From: Chloroflexota bacterium
GTDB taxonomy: Bacteria > Chloroflexota > Dehalococcoidia > GIF9 > AB-539-J10
Length of the DNA: 64,000 bases
NCBI GenBank assembly: GCA_034722275.1
Contig: JAYENW010000020.1
Location: 2,379-66,378 of the forward strand
Direction of reading: 5' to 3'
Part shown: piece by piece, positions 9,739 through 19,937 of the stretch
Position numbering within the stretch: position 1 is the first letter of the stretch
How the letters are laid out: each line of letters opens with the position of its first letter
Program-made: the position numbers and the translations under genes
The notes under the pieces: generated by a model
What the model saw: the letters and a program-made list of their open reading frames with translations, nothing else
Told to the model about the DNA's origin: nothing
The model's database searches: none

Positions 9739-10203
9739 CTATGAGGCGTCCTTTACTTCTATGAGAATGCTCAGGAAATATCCTATGGCGATTGAACCCA
9801 AAACTGTGAGCACAGTCAGTATTATCACGTATTGCCATCCGAAATAAGAAATCATAATGGGAAGCAGGAATGGTTTAACAGCCCTGCAGTATAGAAATAC
9901 CGCAATCGGGAATAATCCAGCTCCCTTTTCCCTAAGTTCCTTGAGCAGAGGGTACCATGCATAGATGGGGCCCATTGATATGATTCCTGCTGTCGCTGAC
10001 AGCAGGAAACCCTTGATGCTTGATTTTGTGCCAAGAAACTTTACAATGTGCACCGGCTTTAAGAGAAGATTCAAAATCAGCATGAAAGCGAAGACTAGGC
10101 TCAGGGGCATAAGTATATTGAGAAAAATATTACTGCTGCTTTTGAGAGCCGCAGAAGCCTTGTCAGGTATGGTGGCAAAAAGTATCCCGTAGATTACCAG
10201 CAC
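9739..10203 (-). CDS. permease small subunit (membrane protein, second piece of a two-component permease)
   Basis: The 154-aa product is hydrophobic with 4-5 predicted transmembrane segments. It lies directly downstream of the permease-domain gene at 10285-11076 on the same strand. Confidence 0.45.
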   Translation of the reverse strand: MLVIYGILFATIPDKASAALKSSSNIFLNILMPLSLVFAFMLILNLLLKPVHIVKFLGTKSSIKGFLLSATAGIISMGPIYAWYPLLKELREKGAGLFPIAVFLYCRAVKPFLLPIMISYFGWQYVIILTVLTVLGSIAIGYFLSILIEVKDAS

Positions 10204-10284
10204 GGAAGTTGGGAAAAGGACTATACGAATTACAGATGCTGGACTTTTGATTTTTGGGACTTATCGCTGCTCAAAGAATTCACC

Positions 10285-11076
10285 TTATATGATATTTAAG
10301 ATTGCCACCGTGAGGATGGCAATGGGTATTGATATGGTAAAGCACAGGGCATTTCGCAAGAGTGCGAATTTTTTGCCTAAGGCTGCTATCTCGGCAGGCA
10401 ATTGCACTAGGCCTACAGTTACCCATGTGATAATGATGGCGGTCACAGCAAACAAGCTGACGCCATGGTTCGACAAGTCTCCCCCGATAACATAGCTGTT
10501 AATAGAGTTTCCAGCGAGGATACTGCCAAAGCACACTCCCCAAAGAGCATCCAATGCCAAATTGCCTGAGAAAATTGATGCTAGAAAATCTTTTGGAATA
10601 AATATATTAAACAACCCTATGAGCAGCACGACACCTACTAATATAGGCAGCATGTTGACAAACTGTTTAGCAGAACTTTTAAATGCCTGAGCTAAAGCAA
10701 CTTTATTAACTTGACTCCCACTTGTCTCGGGTTTAGCTCCAACCTCCATGCGTTTCTGTAAGCTGCTCTCCTTATACTTCTCCATCACATCTCTCACTGT
10801 GCCGCTGAGGCCGGTCAAGACTTCTATGCCATTTGCTTTAAGCTGGCTGCAGGTAGCAGGGCTGCAATAGCCAGTCAAGACAGCTTTGGCATCTTTACTG
10901 ATGGCAAGCACAACAGCTTGCATACCAGCTCCGCGTTGGCCTGAAGCACCGGGATTTGGCACTGCCTCAAAATCGTTGCTATCTAGGTCAACAATTACAA
11001 AGTACTGTGAGGTTCCGAACTTGTGTGCCACTTTGGCCTCTAAATCCGTACCTTCGGCTGAGATCACAATTTTCAT
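10285..11076 (-). CDS. NifX/NafY-like (dinitrogenase FeMo-cofactor-binding family) domain fused to a membrane permease domain
   Basis: The N-terminal ~110 aa (MKIVISAEG...KFGTSQYFVIVD...GIEVLTGLSGTVRDVM) match the Nitro_FeMo-Co / NifX-NafY small-domain family. The C-terminal ~150 aa are polytopic membrane segments of the predicted-permease type. Confidence 0.55.
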   Translation of the reverse strand: MKIVISAEGTDLEAKVAHKFGTSQYFVIVDLDSNDFEAVPNPGASGQRGAGMQAVVLAISKDAKAVLTGYCSPATCSQLKANGIEVLTGLSGTVRDVMEKYKESSLQKRMEVGAKPETSGSQVNKVALAQAFKSSAKQFVNMLPILVGVVLLIGLFNIFIPKDFLASIFSGNLALDALWGVCFGSILAGNSINSYVIGGDLSNHGVSLFAVTAIIITWVTVGLVQLPAEIAALGKKFALLRNALCFTISIPIAILTVAILNII

Positions 11077-11127
11077 CTTTATTTTTTACAGAAAGTAGGG
11101 AGTTTCAATTTTTCCTTCCTAGCTGCG

Positions 11128-11790
11128 CTATCTTCTAGGTGATGGTCTGCCAGCCAGGATCACCGTGAACCCGGCATTACGGGAAAATCCCGGTTGAGGT
11201 GGTTCAGCATGTTTTACTTCACCAGGATTTTGAAACAACGTTGAGATAACGTTTTCGACAGAAAATCCAGTTTGCTTTAGGAGCTTATCAAGTTCGTCAT
11301 AGCGATAGAATGTGGCATACCTGTAAAAGTAGTGTCCTGCATCTTTCTTTCTTTGGTAGAGTTGCCCCCAGGGGCTTTCTTTTAACATCAGCCCCAGCAC
11401 CACCTTTCCTTCACTTCTGAGGAGGCGAGCGACCTCGCATAAAACTCCTCTAGGTGAGTTAACAAAACACAAGGTGGCGATGAGAAAAACTGCTCCAAAA
11501 ACTCCGCTCTTAAATGGCGTTTGCTCGCCTCTGCCCAGAGATAGCCTTACGCCTCTATTTTGGGCTATCTCCAAGAGTTTGATTGATGGGTCTAGGCCAG
11601 TATCTATGTCTAAGGTCTGGGTGAAGCGACCGCTGCCTGCCCCAATTTCGAGCCAGGGTTTGGGCAGCAAAGGCAAAAGTTGCTGCAAGGCTTTGACTTC
11701 TGAAGCAAATATAAATCTACCTTCTTGATCAAACCATGCATCATAGGCTGCTGCCTGAGAATCGAAAACAGAAATCTCCAAGCTCAACAC
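11128..11790 (-). CDS. class I SAM-dependent methyltransferase
   Basis: The 220-aa product has motif I (WLEIGAGSGRF) plus an acidic motif II and motif III (VFLIATLCFV). Confidence 0.7.
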   Translation of the reverse strand: MLSLEISVFDSQAAAYDAWFDQEGRFIFASEVKALQQLLPLLPKPWLEIGAGSGRFTQTLDIDTGLDPSIKLLEIAQNRGVRLSLGRGEQTPFKSGVFGAVFLIATLCFVNSPRGVLCEVARLLRSEGKVVLGLMLKESPWGQLYQRKKDAGHYFYRYATFYRYDELDKLLKQTGFSVENVISTLFQNPGEVKHAEPPQPGFSRNAGFTVILAGRPSPRR

Positions 11791-11897
11791 TTACATATTA
11801 TCGCTGCATTGCTTCCAAGACAAGACTTGAGGGTTCATTTTAGTAGTTTTTCCTTTATATTGATAAGCATTTCCATAGCTGAAGCTGGAAAAAGCTG

Positions 11898-12194
11898 GTG
11901 GATGTTGCTATAAATTTATGTATGGATTGTATCGAGCTTTATCCTGCTCTTTCTCATTGTATAGAGGCTGTAGCTAAGGAAGAATACTGGAATTTGGCAA
12001 ACCAGCTTATGAAGGGTGGAGAAGAAAGCCAAGAATTGCAACAGAAGCTCAACCTGCTCGAGCACTTTCTGGAATCAGCAGAACTTGCGAAGCTTCGCAG
12101 TGAAAGTGAGAGATACTTAATAAAAGGCAAGAAAGTAAAATTTATAATCTACTGGAGAGAAGCTGAGCCAATTTATGAGATGGAAGTGATTTAG
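11898..12194 (+). CDS. hypothetical protein (small, CxxC-containing)
   Basis: A 98-aa ORF fills the gap between the methyltransferase and serS. It has no recognisable family and ends convergently, overlapping the serS stop by 4 nt. Confidence 0.25.
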   Translation: MDVAINLCMDCIELYPALSHCIEAVAKEEYWNLANQLMKGGEESQELQQKLNLLEHFLESAELAKLRSESERYLIKGKKVKFIIYWREAEPIYEMEVI

Positions 12195-13447
12195 CTTTTT
12201 GCTAGCTGCATATAAGGTGCCAATACCTCTGGTATCAATATAGTTCCATCGGACTGCTGGTAGTTTTCCAATAAGGCGATGAAGAGGCGCGGTAATGCTA
12301 ATCCGGAGCCGTTGAGTGTGTGGACGAATTGTGTTCTGGCATCGGTTTTGGGGCGATAACGAATATTGGATCGCCTCGCCTGGAAATCGCTGCAATTGCT
12401 GCAGGAGCTGACCTCGAGCCATTCATCGCAGCCGGGGGCCCATAGTTCAATGTCGTATGTTTTGCAGGCAGCAAAGCCCAAATCACCAGTACATAGCTGT
12501 ACAACACGGTAAGGCACGTTTAAGCGGCGACAGATATCCTCGGCATCGGCTGTCAGTTTTTCTAGTTCCTCGTCGGAGTTTTCCGGACTCGTAATCTTAT
12601 AAAGTTCCACTTTATCAAATTGATGCCCACGTTTAATACCTCTGGTGTCTTTACCTGCTGCCATCTTCTCCCGGCGAAAGCAAGCGCTATAAGCGACATA
12701 GCGGATAGGCAAGCTTTCAGCATTTAATATCTCATCACGATGAAGATTGGTTAGAGGCACTTCTGCTGTGGGAATAAACCAAAAGTCATCCTCGTTGTCA
12801 TGATACAGGTTATCTCCAAACTTGGGCAGATTCCCTGAACCTATCATACATTCTCTCTTGACCATGAATGGGGGGTAGATTTCCTGGTAGCCATGCTCTC
12901 TTATATGGATATCAAGCATGAAGGAAATCAAGGCTCGTTGCAGGTGTGCCCCCAGGCCTTTAAGTACGTAGAAACGGGTTCCCGAAAGCTTAACGCCTCT
13001 TTTGAAATCGATTATGCCTAAATTGTCTCCCAGCTCCCAATGGGGTAGTGGTTTGAAGGGAAACTTTCTTGGCTCACCCCAGGTTCGCACCACGGTGTTA
13101 TCGCCAGCATCTTTGCCCAGAGGCACGCTCTCATGTGGGATGTTAGGTAACTGGAGCAGTAAGGATTCCAGCTTGCCTTTAGCTTCGCTGGCTTCTTCTT
13201 GTAAGGTAGATATTTCCTCTCCCAGCTTGCGGAGCTCGGTCATAAACTCTTGAGACCTCTCTCTGAGTTTGCCCATTTGCTTGCTCATCTTGTTATGCTG
13301 CGCACGGAGTTGTTCTGAGCACTGCAGCGATTTCCGGTAGCAAGCATCAATTTTGAGGATTTCATCCAGGGTGAAGATATCGCCTCTTCTTTGCAATGAC
13401 TGTTGAACAAAGGCGGGATTCTCGCGAATCAGTTTAATATCAATCAT
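12191..13447 (-). CDS. serS: seryl-tRNA synthetase
   Basis: The 418-aa product has an N-terminal coiled-coil arm and a class II core with motifs 2 and 3 (FRRE...AGKDTRG; GSGLALPRL). Confidence 0.9.
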   Translation of the reverse strand: MIDIKLIRENPAFVQQSLQRRGDIFTLDEILKIDACYRKSLQCSEQLRAQHNKMSKQMGKLRERSQEFMTELRKLGEEISTLQEEASEAKGKLESLLLQLPNIPHESVPLGKDAGDNTVVRTWGEPRKFPFKPLPHWELGDNLGIIDFKRGVKLSGTRFYVLKGLGAHLQRALISFMLDIHIREHGYQEIYPPFMVKRECMIGSGNLPKFGDNLYHDNEDDFWFIPTAEVPLTNLHRDEILNAESLPIRYVAYSACFRREKMAAGKDTRGIKRGHQFDKVELYKITSPENSDEELEKLTADAEDICRRLNVPYRVVQLCTGDLGFAACKTYDIELWAPGCDEWLEVSSCSNCSDFQARRSNIRYRPKTDARTQFVHTLNGSGLALPRLFIALLENYQQSDGTILIPEVLAPYMQLAKS

Positions 13448-14909
13448 TTTTCTTCTTTAGTTGTGGGAAAAGTATTACATCGCGGATGGATTGCTGTCCA
13501 GTAAGCAGCATCACCGCACGATCGATGCCAATCCCCAATCCCCCTGTGGGAGGCATGCCATACTCTAAAGCTTGAAGAAAATCCTCATCGGCAACTTCAA
13601 CTTCTTCATCGCTAATGCGTTCTTTGACCTGTCGTAGAAAGCGCTCTCTCTGGTCTACCGGGTCGTTAAGTTCGGTGAAGGCATTAGCAATTTCTATCCC
13701 AGCGATAAATCCTTCAAAGCGCTCTACTAAGCGCGCGTTACCTCGCTTTTTCTTGGCCAGAGGTGACATTTCCACAGGGTAATCCAGAAGGAAAGTCGGT
13801 TGTGTGAGATTTGGCTCAACGAAGGTGGAAATCAAATCATCTATGAGCCTTCCTCTTTCCTTGGCAGGGTCGACTTCCATCCCCAATGCTGCCATCTGCT
13901 GCCTTAAGGTAACGACGTCAGGGTAGTTCTCAAAGTCGATACCACAGTGAGTTTTAATTGCCTCACGCAGATTGAGTCTTTGCCAGGGAAGAGTGAAGTT
14001 GACAGTTTTGCCATTATAATCTATCCTGGTGTTGCCCAGAACTTCCTGGGAGATGTAAGCAAACATTTCTTCAACCAGGTTCATCATATCAAAATAATCA
14101 GTGTATGCTTGATAACATTCTAGTAAGGTAAATTCTGGGTTGTGTCTGACTGAGATACCTTCATTGCGGAAAACACGTCCCAGCTCGTAAACTCTATCAA
14201 AGCCACCTATTATCAATCTCTTGAGGTGGAGTTCTAAGGCAATGCGCAAATAGAGGTCTTCGTCAAGGGAGTGATGATGAGTGATGAAGGGACGAGCTAG
14301 TGCGCCACCAGCTTGTGGCTGGAGCACCGGAGTTTCCACTTCTATGAAGCCTCTGTTATTGAGGAAGTTCCTTATGCCAGCGATGATCTGACTGCGAAGC
14401 ACAAAGACATCCCTCATCCCTTTATTACAGATGAGGTCGAGGTAGCGCTGCCGGTAACGTATCTCGATATCGGCTAAGCCATGCCATTTCTCTGGCAAAG
14501 GGCGAAGAGATTTAGATAGCATAGTGAAATCAGTTACTTCCAGGGTTATTTCTCCCGTTTTAGTTTGGAAAAGACTGCCCTGTGCACCCATGAAATCGCC
14601 GATATCAAATTCTTTAAGTAATTCGTATTTCTCTTTTCCCAGCAAATCATGCCGAAAGCAGAGTTGTATTTTCCCTTCACCATCATGAACGTCAGCAAAA
14701 GTCATTTTACCCATGGAGCGTTTGGCCATAATGCGGCCTGCAAGTGAGACATGATGTAAATTCTCTCTCTGCTTCTGGTAAAGAGCTATGGTTTCTTTGA
14801 TGCTATGGCTGGGATGATAGGAATGTGGGTAAGGATCTATGCCATGAGCCCGAATCCTATTCAAGCTCTCTAGCCGTTGTTCGGTTATATGCTCTAATCT
14901 TGAGGTCAT
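13440..14909 (-). CDS. lysS: lysyl-tRNA synthetase (class II)
   Basis: The 489-aa product has an N-terminal OB anticodon-binding domain and a class II catalytic core (motifs FRNEG, GGLGIGIDR). It overlaps serS by 8 nt, so the two are probably co-transcribed. Confidence 0.9.
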   Translation of the reverse strand: MTSRLEHITEQRLESLNRIRAHGIDPYPHSYHPSHSIKETIALYQKQRENLHHVSLAGRIMAKRSMGKMTFADVHDGEGKIQLCFRHDLLGKEKYELLKEFDIGDFMGAQGSLFQTKTGEITLEVTDFTMLSKSLRPLPEKWHGLADIEIRYRQRYLDLICNKGMRDVFVLRSQIIAGIRNFLNNRGFIEVETPVLQPQAGGALARPFITHHHSLDEDLYLRIALELHLKRLIIGGFDRVYELGRVFRNEGISVRHNPEFTLLECYQAYTDYFDMMNLVEEMFAYISQEVLGNTRIDYNGKTVNFTLPWQRLNLREAIKTHCGIDFENYPDVVTLRQQMAALGMEVDPAKERGRLIDDLISTFVEPNLTQPTFLLDYPVEMSPLAKKKRGNARLVERFEGFIAGIEIANAFTELNDPVDQRERFLRQVKERISDEEVEVADEDFLQALEYGMPPTGGLGIGIDRAVMLLTGQQSIRDVILFPQLKKKND

Positions 14910-15124
14910 GGAATTCCTAAAATTTCTCGAGCTTCTTTGGCTAAGTGTGCTGGTACCATTATTTTCACCTCACCCAGGCCATTTATGGTGAGTCCATAAA
15001 CTAATCCGGCGCTCTCATAGCTTAACATAGCTGGGATACCTTCACTCTCCAGATGTCCTTTAATTATTTCTGCTTCTCCTTGTCTACTGATACAGATGGT
15101 AACTAAAGTTTCCTTGTCTGTCAT
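14906..15124 (-). CDS. small hypothetical protein (DUF2007-like putative signal-transducing fold)
   Basis: The 72-aa ORF is translationally coupled to lysS by an ATGA overlap. It has no catalytic motifs. Confidence 0.35.
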   Translation of the reverse strand: MTDKETLVTICISRQGEAEIIKGHLESEGIPAMLSYESAGLVYGLTINGLGEVKIMVPAHLAKEAREILGIP

Positions 15125-15198
15125 AGTTATTATTTAGATATTTTAGCAGAATTACTCAAGCTAAGTATTGCTAAAAGAAGCAATTATATATAAAATTT

Positions 15199-15621
15199 GT
15201 GCTGTTGCCTGGGGGCAACAAGAATATAAAGGAGGCAGGTGATTTGCATGCACTGGGAAGACATCTGTTACTAGAATTAAAAAATTGCGATAAGGAGGCG
15301 TTAGATGACATAGATTTTCTGAGAAATTGTCTTAATGAGGCTGCTGTTCGATGTGGTGCTACTGTAGTGGGTGAATCTTTCTATCACTTCTCTCCACAGG
15401 GGGTCAGTGGAGTGGTCAATATTGCTGAATCGCATATCTCTGCTCATACTTGGCCTGAATATGCCTACGCTGCTGTAGATGTTTTTACTTGCGGAGAAGA
15501 TGTGGAGCCTGAAAAAGCAGTTGAGGTGATAACGCAAAGGTTAGGAAGCGATAGTTATTCTGTGATTGAATTTCGCAGAGGCATTATGGTGGATAGCCAC
15601 ATCAAGTGTATGGTGAAATGA
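15199..15621 (+). CDS. speH: S-adenosylmethionine decarboxylase proenzyme (small prokaryotic SpeH type)
   Basis: The 140-aa product has a self-processing ES motif region and a VDVFTCGE signature typical of class 1b AdoMetDC. Confidence 0.8.
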   Translation: MLLPGGNKNIKEAGDLHALGRHLLLELKNCDKEALDDIDFLRNCLNEAAVRCGATVVGESFYHFSPQGVSGVVNIAESHISAHTWPEYAYAAVDVFTCGEDVEPEKAVEVITQRLGSDSYSVIEFRRGIMVDSHIKCMVK

Positions 15622-16541
15622 AAGACGACAACCCTGACAAACATAGATGGTTCCATGATTATCTCAGCCCTGATCTTACTATGTTATATAGTATCAAGAG
15701 GCTGATATATTCGGGACGGACTAAGTATCAATCGGTAGATATTGTCGATACCGGCTGCTTCGGAGTCTGTCTTGTTCTGGATGGCAAGATCCAATCGAGC
15801 GAGAGCGATGAATTCATTTACCACGAAGCTCTGGTGCATCCGGCTATGCTTGTTCATCCTAAACCTGTGAAAGTACTTGTTGTTGGAGGTGGCGAAGGGG
15901 CTACTCTGCGAGAAATTCTGGCGCATAACACGGTTGAGATAGCTACCATGGTGGATATAGATGAAGAAGAGGTGAATCTCTGCCGCCGCTTTCTACCTTC
16001 ATTTCATCAAAATTCCTTTGGTGATGCTCGCACAAAGCTCTACTTTTGTGATGCCAGAAAATACTTGGAGGAAAGCGGAGATAAATTCGATGTCATCGTT
16101 ATTGACCTGGTTGATCCTTTGGCCGCCGGGCCGGCGCGCTTTTTATATACGCTCGAGTTTTATCAACTGGTACGACGAAAACTTGAACCTCATGGCATTA
16201 TGTCTGTCCAGGCTGAACCTGCGGGCTGGAGTGACTCAGAAAATTTTGTTGCCATTGTTAACACTTTAAAAACTATATTTCCTGTTGTCTGTCCTTATCA
16301 TGTTCATATACCTGCTTTTAATACCTTGTGGGGATTCGCTTCTGCTTCGGAAAAGCTTAACCCTGTGAACTTAACACCTGAAGAAATTGATTCCAGAATT
16401 TCAACAAGATTATCTAAAGAATTGAAATCTTACGATGGGCTGACTCACCAAGCTATGTTTACCATTCCCAAGCATATCCGCCATCAATTGGCTACAACAA
16501 CAAGAGTCATTACTGATAAAGAACCTATATCTGCCTACTGA
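15606..16541 (+). CDS. speE: spermidine synthase (polyamine aminopropyltransferase)
   Basis: The 311-aa product has VLVVGGGEGATLRE and DLVDP motifs. It overlaps speH by 16 nt, giving a speH-speE operon. Confidence 0.85.
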   Translation: MYGEMKDDNPDKHRWFHDYLSPDLTMLYSIKRLIYSGRTKYQSVDIVDTGCFGVCLVLDGKIQSSESDEFIYHEALVHPAMLVHPKPVKVLVVGGGEGATLREILAHNTVEIATMVDIDEEEVNLCRRFLPSFHQNSFGDARTKLYFCDARKYLEESGDKFDVIVIDLVDPLAAGPARFLYTLEFYQLVRRKLEPHGIMSVQAEPAGWSDSENFVAIVNTLKTIFPVVCPYHVHIPAFNTLWGFASASEKLNPVNLTPEEIDSRISTRLSKELKSYDGLTHQAMFTIPKHIRHQLATTTRVITDKEPISAY

Positions 16542-16616
16542 GTTGGCTGGCTCTTTAAACCTGAGGTAATTCCGGTCCTGATTATTTCTTATCCTGGAGA
16601 ATTTCTGTTGTAGGCA

Positions 16617-17474
16617 CTACTTTTGAGTGTAGTCGTAGACCCCTCTACCAGTTTTTCGTCCGTAGTAACCGGCGTTTACCAGTTTAGCTAGAAGCGGAGA
16701 TGGTCTGTATTTATCACCTAAGGTCTTCTGAAAACCTTCACAGACATGGAACACAATATCCAGGCCTATCAGGTCAGCTAAAGCCAGAGGTCCTATGGGC
16801 TGGTTGCAGCCCAAAACCATTCCTTTATCGATATCCTCGGCACTGGCTACACCTTCATCAAGGACATAAAAGGCTTCATTCATCATAGGGCATAATATTC
16901 TATTGACGCAAAATCCGGGAGATTCTTTAACTACAATGGGCTCTTTGCCTATTTTCCTTCCCAACTCTACCACAACATTCAAAGTCTCATCTGAAGTGTT
17001 TATCCCTTTGATTATTTCCAGTAGTCGCATCACTGGTACGGGATTGAAAAAGTGCATCCCGATGCATTTCTCTGGTTTCTTGGTTACCGCCGCCATTTCT
17101 GAGATACTGAGTCCTGATGTATTACTGGCAAATATAATATTGGCAGGGCAGATTTCATCCAGCTCTTTTAAGATATCCTTTTTCAATTCTATAATTTCCG
17201 GGGCAGCTTCGATTATTAAATCTGCATCCTTGACTGCCTCCTTCACATCAAGTGTGGTGCTAATTCTGCCTAGAGTAGCATCCATGTCATTTTGACTTAT
17301 CTTCTGTTTTTCCACACTGCGCCCCAGATTTTTCTTAATAGTATTCATGCCACTATCGATGAATCTCTGCTCGATGTCTCGCATAGATACGGTGTAACCT
17401 GCCTGCGCACAGACTTGAGCGATACCATTTCCCATTAACCCTGCTCCTAAGACACAGATCCTTTTAACTGTCAT
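16617..17474 (-). CDS. hbd: 3-hydroxybutyryl-CoA / 3-hydroxyacyl-CoA dehydrogenase
   Basis: The 285-aa product has an N-terminal NAD-binding motif ([14 protein letters not shown]) and a C-terminal 3HCDH domain. Confidence 0.85.
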   Translation of the reverse strand: MTVKRICVLGAGLMGNGIAQVCAQAGYTVSMRDIEQRFIDSGMNTIKKNLGRSVEKQKISQNDMDATLGRISTTLDVKEAVKDADLIIEAAPEIIELKKDILKELDEICPANIIFASNTSGLSISEMAAVTKKPEKCIGMHFFNPVPVMRLLEIIKGINTSDETLNVVVELGRKIGKEPIVVKESPGFCVNRILCPMMNEAFYVLDEGVASAEDIDKGMVLGCNQPIGPLALADLIGLDIVFHVCEGFQKTLGDKYRPSPLLAKLVNAGYYGRKTGRGVYDYTQK

Positions 17475-17632
17475 AAAGACCTCCTTATATTTTGTTTTAG
17501 CTTAATCAAGAAACCAAGCTATTCTATTATATCCCTGGGGGAATTGCGAATCCTCTACGTTTTGTTTGCATCATCAGGTCCGAATCACATTGCTTGGGGG
17601 TTTTTCTACTCGATGTTATAATACAAAAGCGT

Positions 17633-19780
17633 ATGGATACTCTCGCTGGGCTTAATTCTGCTCAAAAACAAGCTGTAGAAACAATTGAGGGCCCGTTGCT
17701 CGTTTTAGCTGGCCCTGGCAGTGGTAAAACCAGAGTAATTACACATCGTGTGGCTTACTTGGTTGAGGATTGTGATGTCGATCCTCGCCAAATTATGGCA
17801 GTCACTTTCACCAATAAGGCTGCCCAGGAAATGAAAGAGAGATTGGAAAGGCTCATAGGTCAGGCGTGTGAGGCTTTGACTGCGGGCACTTTTCATGCTA
17901 TCTGCGCCCGGGTTCTTCGTCAGCAGGGGAAAGCTACAGGACTCGATTCCAGGTTTGTTATCTACGATGAGGAGGATCAACTAAATTTGGTAAAACAGAT
18001 TCTTCAAGAATTAAACATCGACCACAAACAATACTCTCCTCGTGTTCTGCACTCAGCTATCAGTGCTGCCAAGAGCCGCCTTATTGATCCTGAGCACTAC
18101 GCTGGGCAGGTTAACAGCTATTTTGAAGAGATAGTTCAGCGGGTTTATCAGCGCTATCAACAGTTGCTTGCTCAAAGTCGGGCAGTAGATTTTGATGATC
18201 TGTTGATGAAGGCAGTACAGTTGTTTGATAAGCATCCTCAAGTTCTGAATAGATATCAGTCGCGCTATGTTTATATATTAGTTGACGAGTTTCAGGATAC
18301 CAACATTGCCCAGTATGCACTTGTAAAACAACTGAGTGGGAAATATCACAATATTTGTGTGGTTGGTGACCCTGATCAATCTATTTACTCCTGGAGGTTT
18401 GCTGATTTACGCAACATTTTGAATTTTGAAAAAGATTATCCTCAGGCTAAAGTGGTGCTTTTGGAGCAAAATTATCGCTCCACCAAGACTATCCTGGAAG
18501 TGGCTTCAGATGTTATCTCGGCAAACTCACAGCACAAGCCGAAGGGTTTGTGGACGGAGAATGAAGATGGCCCCAGAGTCTCTCTTATTGAGAATTATAG
18601 TGGGGAAGAAGAAGCCCAATGTGTGGTTAACGAGATAGAAAAGCTGATTAGTCAGGATGATTTGGTTTTCAAAGACTGTGCTGTGATGTATCGGGTTAAT
18701 GCCCAGTCACGCGAATTTGAAGAAAGCTTTGTGCGTTATGGTGTGCCCTACAAGCTTGTTGGTGGCACTCGCTTTTATCAAAGGCAGGAAATTAAGGATA
18801 TCATTGCCTATATCAGACTCATTCAAGATGTGCAGGATGATGTGAGTTTGATCCGGGTAATAAATGTGCCCAAGCGTGGCATTGGCCACAACACTCTTGC
18901 TAAACTTCAAGATTGGGCTAGGGTTCATGAGGTTTCCTTGTATGAGGCGGTGAAGGTGCTGGTCAAAGGAAAAGCTTTTTCTTCGCACATTGTTCAAGCC
19001 CTGGCAGCCTTTTTAACCTGCGTTGATAATCTCAATAATAAAAGCTGCCAATTAAGTCCTGTGAGCTTATTGGAAGAGATACTGGAGCGTACTGGGTACA
19101 GGGAGTATATTCTGGGCCAGGAAGATGGAGAAGAGCGTTGGGAGAATATTATGGAATTGAAGAGTGTCGCTGGAGAATATGGTGGGCTTGAGCCCGGAGA
19201 GGCCTTGACCACTTTCCTGGAGAATGTCAGTCTGGTAGCGGATATAGATGAATTGGATGAGGTGGCCAATGCAGTGACTTTGATTACCTTACATCAAGCT
19301 AAGGGGCTGGAATTTCCTGTGGTCTTTATTGTTGGTATGGAAGAGGGTGTTCTCCCTCACCGGAAATCCTTTGATTCCCCGCAGGAAATGGAGGAAGAAC
19401 GGCGCCTCTGTTATGTTGGGATAACCCGAGCTCAAAGTCGGCTCTACTTATTATACAGCCGCTATCGTAATATGTTTGGTAGTAATACAACAACTCAATG
19501 CTCTCGTTTTCTCCAGGATATTTCACCTCGTTTGATAACTATGAGCGAACCTGCAAAAAAGGGTCTGAGCACTGTATCTCGTGTTCCTCAGACATCTTCT
19601 TATCGCTCTGGCAGCAGCCTGGATTTAAAGGTGGGAGACCATGTACGCCATAGAAATTTTGGCTGTGGCGTAGTAATGAATTGCCTCTTCAATCGAGGCG
19701 ACCAGGAGATAACCGTAGCCTTTGAAGAAGCTGGAGTGAAGAGGCTTTTGCTCAGTATGACACCTTTGGAGAAGCTTTGA
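17633..19780 (+). CDS. pcrA: ATP-dependent DNA helicase PcrA/UvrD (superfamily 1)
   Basis: The product has Walker A (GPGSGKT), DEFQDTN, motifs III-VI and a C-terminal Tudor-like domain. The ORF track opens at a TTG at 17594. The ATG at 17633 gives an N-terminus (MDTLAGLNSAQKQAV) of canonical UvrD length, so the start is ambiguous within 40 nt. Confidence 0.85.
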   Translation: MDTLAGLNSAQKQAVETIEGPLLVLAGPGSGKTRVITHRVAYLVEDCDVDPRQIMAVTFTNKAAQEMKERLERLIGQACEALTAGTFHAICARVLRQQGKATGLDSRFVIYDEEDQLNLVKQILQELNIDHKQYSPRVLHSAISAAKSRLIDPEHYAGQVNSYFEEIVQRVYQRYQQLLAQSRAVDFDDLLMKAVQLFDKHPQVLNRYQSRYVYILVDEFQDTNIAQYALVKQLSGKYHNICVVGDPDQSIYSWRFADLRNILNFEKDYPQAKVVLLEQNYRSTKTILEVASDVISANSQHKPKGLWTENEDGPRVSLIENYSGEEEAQCVVNEIEKLISQDDLVFKDCAVMYRVNAQSREFEESFVRYGVPYKLVGGTRFYQRQEIKDIIAYIRLIQDVQDDVSLIRVINVPKRGIGHNTLAKLQDWARVHEVSLYEAVKVLVKGKAFSSHIVQALAAFLTCVDNLNNKSCQLSPVSLLEEILERTGYREYILGQEDGEERWENIMELKSVAGEYGGLEPGEALTTFLENVSLVADIDELDEVANAVTLITLHQAKGLEFPVVFIVGMEEGVLPHRKSFDSPQEMEEERRLCYVGITRAQSRLYLLYSRYRNMFGSNTTTQCSRFLQDISPRLITMSEPAKKGLSTVSRVPQTSSYRSGSSLDLKVGDHVRHRNFGCGVVMNCLFNRGDQEITVAFEEAGVKRLLLSMTPLEKL

Positions 19781-19937
19781 AGACAGCGCCTTACATTTGA
19801 AAGTCAGACCCTGCTGTCAAAATATGTGGAATCCAAATCGCAGCATGTTCAGCTTTTTTATATGCTTGTGTATAGAAACTGCTTGATAAATCGGTTAGGA
19901 TTTGTGGAGAAGATAGAGCACTGTTTTCGGGATTTCA

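Noticed and set aside
19781-19937. Bidirectional intrinsic terminator between pcrA and mpgS (T-run GCTTTTTTAT at about 19850)
   Set aside because: The adjacent sequence forms only a 3-4 bp stem. Without a convincing hairpin it is not reported as a terminator.
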